Virus record (IMG/VR): IMGVR_UViG_3300043416_000038
Coordinates: 1-25,814 of that record
DNA length: 25,814 bases
DNA from: a virus
Taxonomy: Duplodnaviria; Caudoviricetes
Reading direction: 5' to 3' (one strand)
Translations under genes and position numbers: made by a program
Shown: one piece after another, positions 23,306-25,814 of the stretch
Numbering within the stretch: position 1 is the stretch's first letter
Layout: every line of letters begins with the position of its first letter
Notes under the pieces: generated by a model
Databases searched by the model: none
What the model was told of the DNA's origin: nothing
What the model saw: the letters and a program-made list of their open reading frames with translations, nothing else

Positions 23306-23313
23306 TAACTTTG
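23306..23313 (+). promoter_or_regulatory. Bacteroidota-type -7 promoter element (TAACTTTG-CA) for tail genes
   Basis: TAnnTTTG directly after the terminator, 16 nt before the ATG at 23330. Confidence 0.75.
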
Positions 23314-23329
23314 CACAAAATAAGATATT

Positions 23330-24013
23330 ATGATGATTAACGATGTAAGAAACATGGTTGACTTTATACTGAATAAAGAAAGCCGTGGATACATAACACC
23401 TTTGCAGTTTAATACTTTTGCTAAACAAGCACAACAAGAAGTTGTTGATGAGTTTTTTTACGATTATAATAAAAGCATCGTTAGCAAAAACCAAAGAACT
23501 GCATATAAAGAACTTGTAAAAAAAGCTAAAGAAGGAATGGATGTATTTGCTGTTCCTCCGACTACTTTAACTTACGATAGTGGTAGTGGTTTATTTGTTC
23601 CGCCATCTGATTTTTATACTAGTATTAGTTTAATATACAATGGAAAAGAAGTTGAGGAAGTTCCTAGGGACAAATTAAGTTATTTCTTAACTAATACAGT
23701 TGTAGGTCCTAGTGTATTTTATCCTTCTTACATAAAGTATAATGATAAATATAAAGTTTATCCAGAGACAATACTTGCTGATGTGAAGTTAATCTACTTT
23801 AGAAACCCTAAAGATCCAAACTGGACATATGAAATGATTGGAGGTAACGCTATCTTTAACCAATCTAAATCTGGTTTTCAAGACTTTGAAGTTGGATTTG
23901 AAGACAAGTTTAAATTAATAACCAAGATACTTAAGTATGCTGGTTTAAACATAAGAGAGTCTGATGTTGTTGGTGCAGCTATTGCATTTGAAAGCAGAGA
24001 TGACGCAAAATAA
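23330..24013 (+). CDS. Putative tail tubular/ring (head-tail adaptor) protein
   Basis: N-terminal LNKE.RGYITP.QFN.FA.QAQ helix and Y.R.P.DP.W motif, similar to crAss-like ring proteins. Position after the capsid genes agrees. Confidence 0.6.
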   Translation: MMINDVRNMVDFILNKESRGYITPLQFNTFAKQAQQEVVDEFFYDYNKSIVSKNQRTAYKELVKKAKEGMDVFAVPPTTLTYDSGSGLFVPPSDFYTSISLIYNGKEVEEVPRDKLSYFLTNTVVGPSVFYPSYIKYNDKYKVYPETILADVKLIYFRNPKDPNWTYEMIGGNAIFNQSKSGFQDFEVGFEDKFKLITKILKYAGLNIRESDVVGAAIAFESRDDAK

Positions 24014-24027
24014 AAGTTAAATAAGAT

Positions 24028-24900
24028 ATGGCTCAAATTACAGATTTTGAATATTATGAGAATAGTGGAAACAACCCTAAAGATGAAAACTGGGGTGACT
24101 ACCAATATGTAGCATTGAAAGATGTTATTAATAACTTTTATATGATGTACGTTGGTGATGATAAAATCATAAACGATTGCAAAAGATATGAAGTTATTTT
24201 TCACGCAAAAAGAGGATTGCAAGAATTAAATTATGATGTTGCTAAAGAAATAAAATCTTTAGAGCTTGATTTACCAGACAACTTGCAACTAGCTGTACCT
24301 AAAGATTATATAAATTACGTTAGAATTAGCTGGGTTGATGAAGACGGGAAGTTTAGACCTATAGTTAAAAATAATCAGTCTGGTATTGTAACAGCTTATC
24401 TACAAGACAATAATTATAACATCTTGTTCGACAATGATGGACAAGCTTTAGAAGGTACTTCTACAACAGAAACAAATAGCAAGAATCCAAAATCAAACAA
24501 TCTTAATGATAGTGGAACTGAATACTTATATGGAAGTAGATTTGGAATGGATGGAAAAACAGCTAATCAAAATGGTACTTTTGTAATTAATAAAAACCTA
24601 GGAGTTATGAGATTTAGCTCTGATTTAATGGGTAAAACAATTGTTGTAGAATATATATCTGATGGATTATCTGATTTATCAGAGGACGAAATAAAAGTTA
24701 ATAAGTTAGCAGAAAAGTTCTTGTATCAATTTATAAAATATGAGATACTAACTAATAAGTTTGGAGTACAAGAATACATAGTTCAAAGAGCTAGAAACGA
24801 ATATAGAGCAATTAGAAATAATACCAAAATTAGAATGATGGATGTTCGTTATGACGAAATACTACAATCTATGAGAGGAGCAAGTAATTGGACAAAATAA
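24028..24900 (+). CDS. Putative tail ring/structural protein
   Basis: VPKDYINYVRISW and IVVEYISDG motifs resemble the preceding ring-protein fold. Lies in the tail operon. Confidence 0.55.
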   Translation: MAQITDFEYYENSGNNPKDENWGDYQYVALKDVINNFYMMYVGDDKIINDCKRYEVIFHAKRGLQELNYDVAKEIKSLELDLPDNLQLAVPKDYINYVRISWVDEDGKFRPIVKNNQSGIVTAYLQDNNYNILFDNDGQALEGTSTTETNSKNPKSNNLNDSGTEYLYGSRFGMDGKTANQNGTFVINKNLGVMRFSSDLMGKTIVVEYISDGLSDLSEDEIKVNKLAEKFLYQFIKYEILTNKFGVQEYIVQRARNEYRAIRNNTKIRMMDVRYDEILQSMRGASNWTK

Positions 24901-24901
24901 T

Positions 24902-25814
24902 ATGGAGTTAAAAAAAACTTTTATAGGTGGGTTAATGAACAAAGATTACGATGTTCGATTAATACCAGAAGGAGAATATATTGATGCTGAGAATATAATA
25001 GTATCAAACTCTGAGGGATCTAATGTTGGTCTTGTTCAAAAATCTAATGGCTTAGATAAATTAACAAATATAAGTATACCTACAGACGCAATAACCATAG
25101 GTAGTGTTTCAGAAGAAGGTAACGAGTGTATTTATTGGTTTGTAACATCAAGTGTTGGTAATTTTATATATGAGTACAATATATTGGATAATAATTCATT
25201 ATCTGTTATTTTATCAGATAATAGAGTTGGCGATGCAAATGTTTTAAATTTTAACTCAGAGTACAAGATAACTGGAGCAAACGTAATATACAATTCGTTT
25301 AATAAAGAAAAATTACTTATATGGACTGATGATTTAAACCCTATACGTTGTATAAACGTAAATAGAGCTAAATCACTTGCGATAAACGGTTTTAATACAC
25401 AAGACATCAGTTTGTATAAAAGAGCGCCTTACAAAGCTCCTAAATGCAATCCAACGCAATTTGGTGATGGAAGTGAAAACAACATAAAAGAAAGATTTTT
25501 ATCTTTTGCTTATAGATATAAATATTTAGATGGAGAATATAGTGCGGCTTCTGCGTTTAGCAACCCTCAATTTTACCCATCTAATTTTTCATTTAATTTC
25601 TCTACTCAAGAAAACCTTGGGATGATAAATTCTTTTAATGCAATCAATATTGGTTTTAACACTGGGGATAAGAACGTAACTGATGTTCAGTTACTTTTCA
25701 AAGAAAGTAACGGTACTAATATATATGTAATTGAGAATCTAAATAAAAAGAAAGAAAAATACGGAGACGACTCTGATAAAACATTTTTATTTTCAAACAA
25801 TAAGATATACTCTA
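24902..25814 (+). CDS. Tail stabilisation (muzzle-like) protein, N-terminal part; runs off the window (not in ORF track)
   Basis: Open frame from ATG 24902: MELKKTFIGGLMNKDYDVRLIPEGEYIDAENI...LLIWTDDLNPIRCINV...FAYRYKYLDGEYSA, matching the pattern I recall for crAss-like/P22 gp10-like stabilisation proteins. Confidence 0.75.
   Translation, partial: MELKKTFIGGLMNKDYDVRLIPEGEYIDAENIIVSNSEGSNVGLVQKSNGLDKLTNISIPTDAITIGSVSEEGNECIYWFVTSSVGNFIYEYNILDNNSLSVILSDNRVGDANVLNFNSEYKITGANVIYNSFNKEKLLIWTDDLNPIRCINVNRAKSLAINGFNTQDISLYKRAPYKAPKCNPTQFGDGSENNIKERFLSFAYRYKYLDGEYSAASAFSNPQFYPSNFSFNFSTQENLGMINSFNAINIGFNTGDKNVTDVQLLFKESNGTNIYVIENLNKKKEKYGDDSDKTFLFSNNKIYS

Noticed and set aside
98-25407. Short minus-strand and nested ORFs (98, 1927, 3599, 3627, 5054, 5978, 8063, 8850, 9716, 11817, 14771, 15537, 16233, 19000, 22863, 23264, 23878, 25132)
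   Set aside because: They are shadows of longer, motif-bearing plus-strand genes, with no independent signals.
1-25814. Stop-codon reassignment as in some crAss-like phages
   Set aside because: Genes are full length and densely packed under the standard code. TAG and TGA end genes at plausible positions (e.g. MCP TAG before a terminator), and no suppressor tRNA is present. The Leu tRNA's TAG is an anticodon reading CUA, not amber.

Overview
An AT-rich segment of a tailed phage genome. The gene order and protein families point to a crAss-like podovirus. The host is probably in Bacteroidota, since TAnnTTTG promoters recur and I saw no Shine-Dalgarno motifs. Left to right: a 5'-truncated GroEL and a GroES, a divergently transcribed winged-helix-like gene, eight small lysine-rich genes, and a tail-fibre block ending in a 1434-aa fibre with a peptidase-S74 chaperone. 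Next come a holin/M15-endolysin/u-spanin-like lysis cassette, a tandem-domain GroES-like gene, terminase, portal, scaffold-like protein and major capsid protein, followed by five tRNA genes and tail ring/stabilisation genes running off the right edge. The most striking element lies at 21850-22409. A promoter drives an unannotated 23-codon leader peptide containing six consecutive codons, CTA-CGT-CAC-CCG-CAA-CAA (Leu-Arg-His-Pro-Gln-Gln). These are exactly the codons read by the five downstream tRNAs (Pro-UGG, Gln-UUG, His-GUG, Arg-ACG, Leu-UAG). The leader sits in a 1:2 / 2:3 / 3:4 attenuator ending in an intrinsic terminator just before the first tRNA. All five tRNAs read CNN codons and all have A37. 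I infer a ribosome-stalling sensor that switches on phage tRNAs when host CNN-decoding (G36, possibly m1G37-dependent) tRNAs become limiting. All family assignments come from motif recognition by eye; no database search was run.
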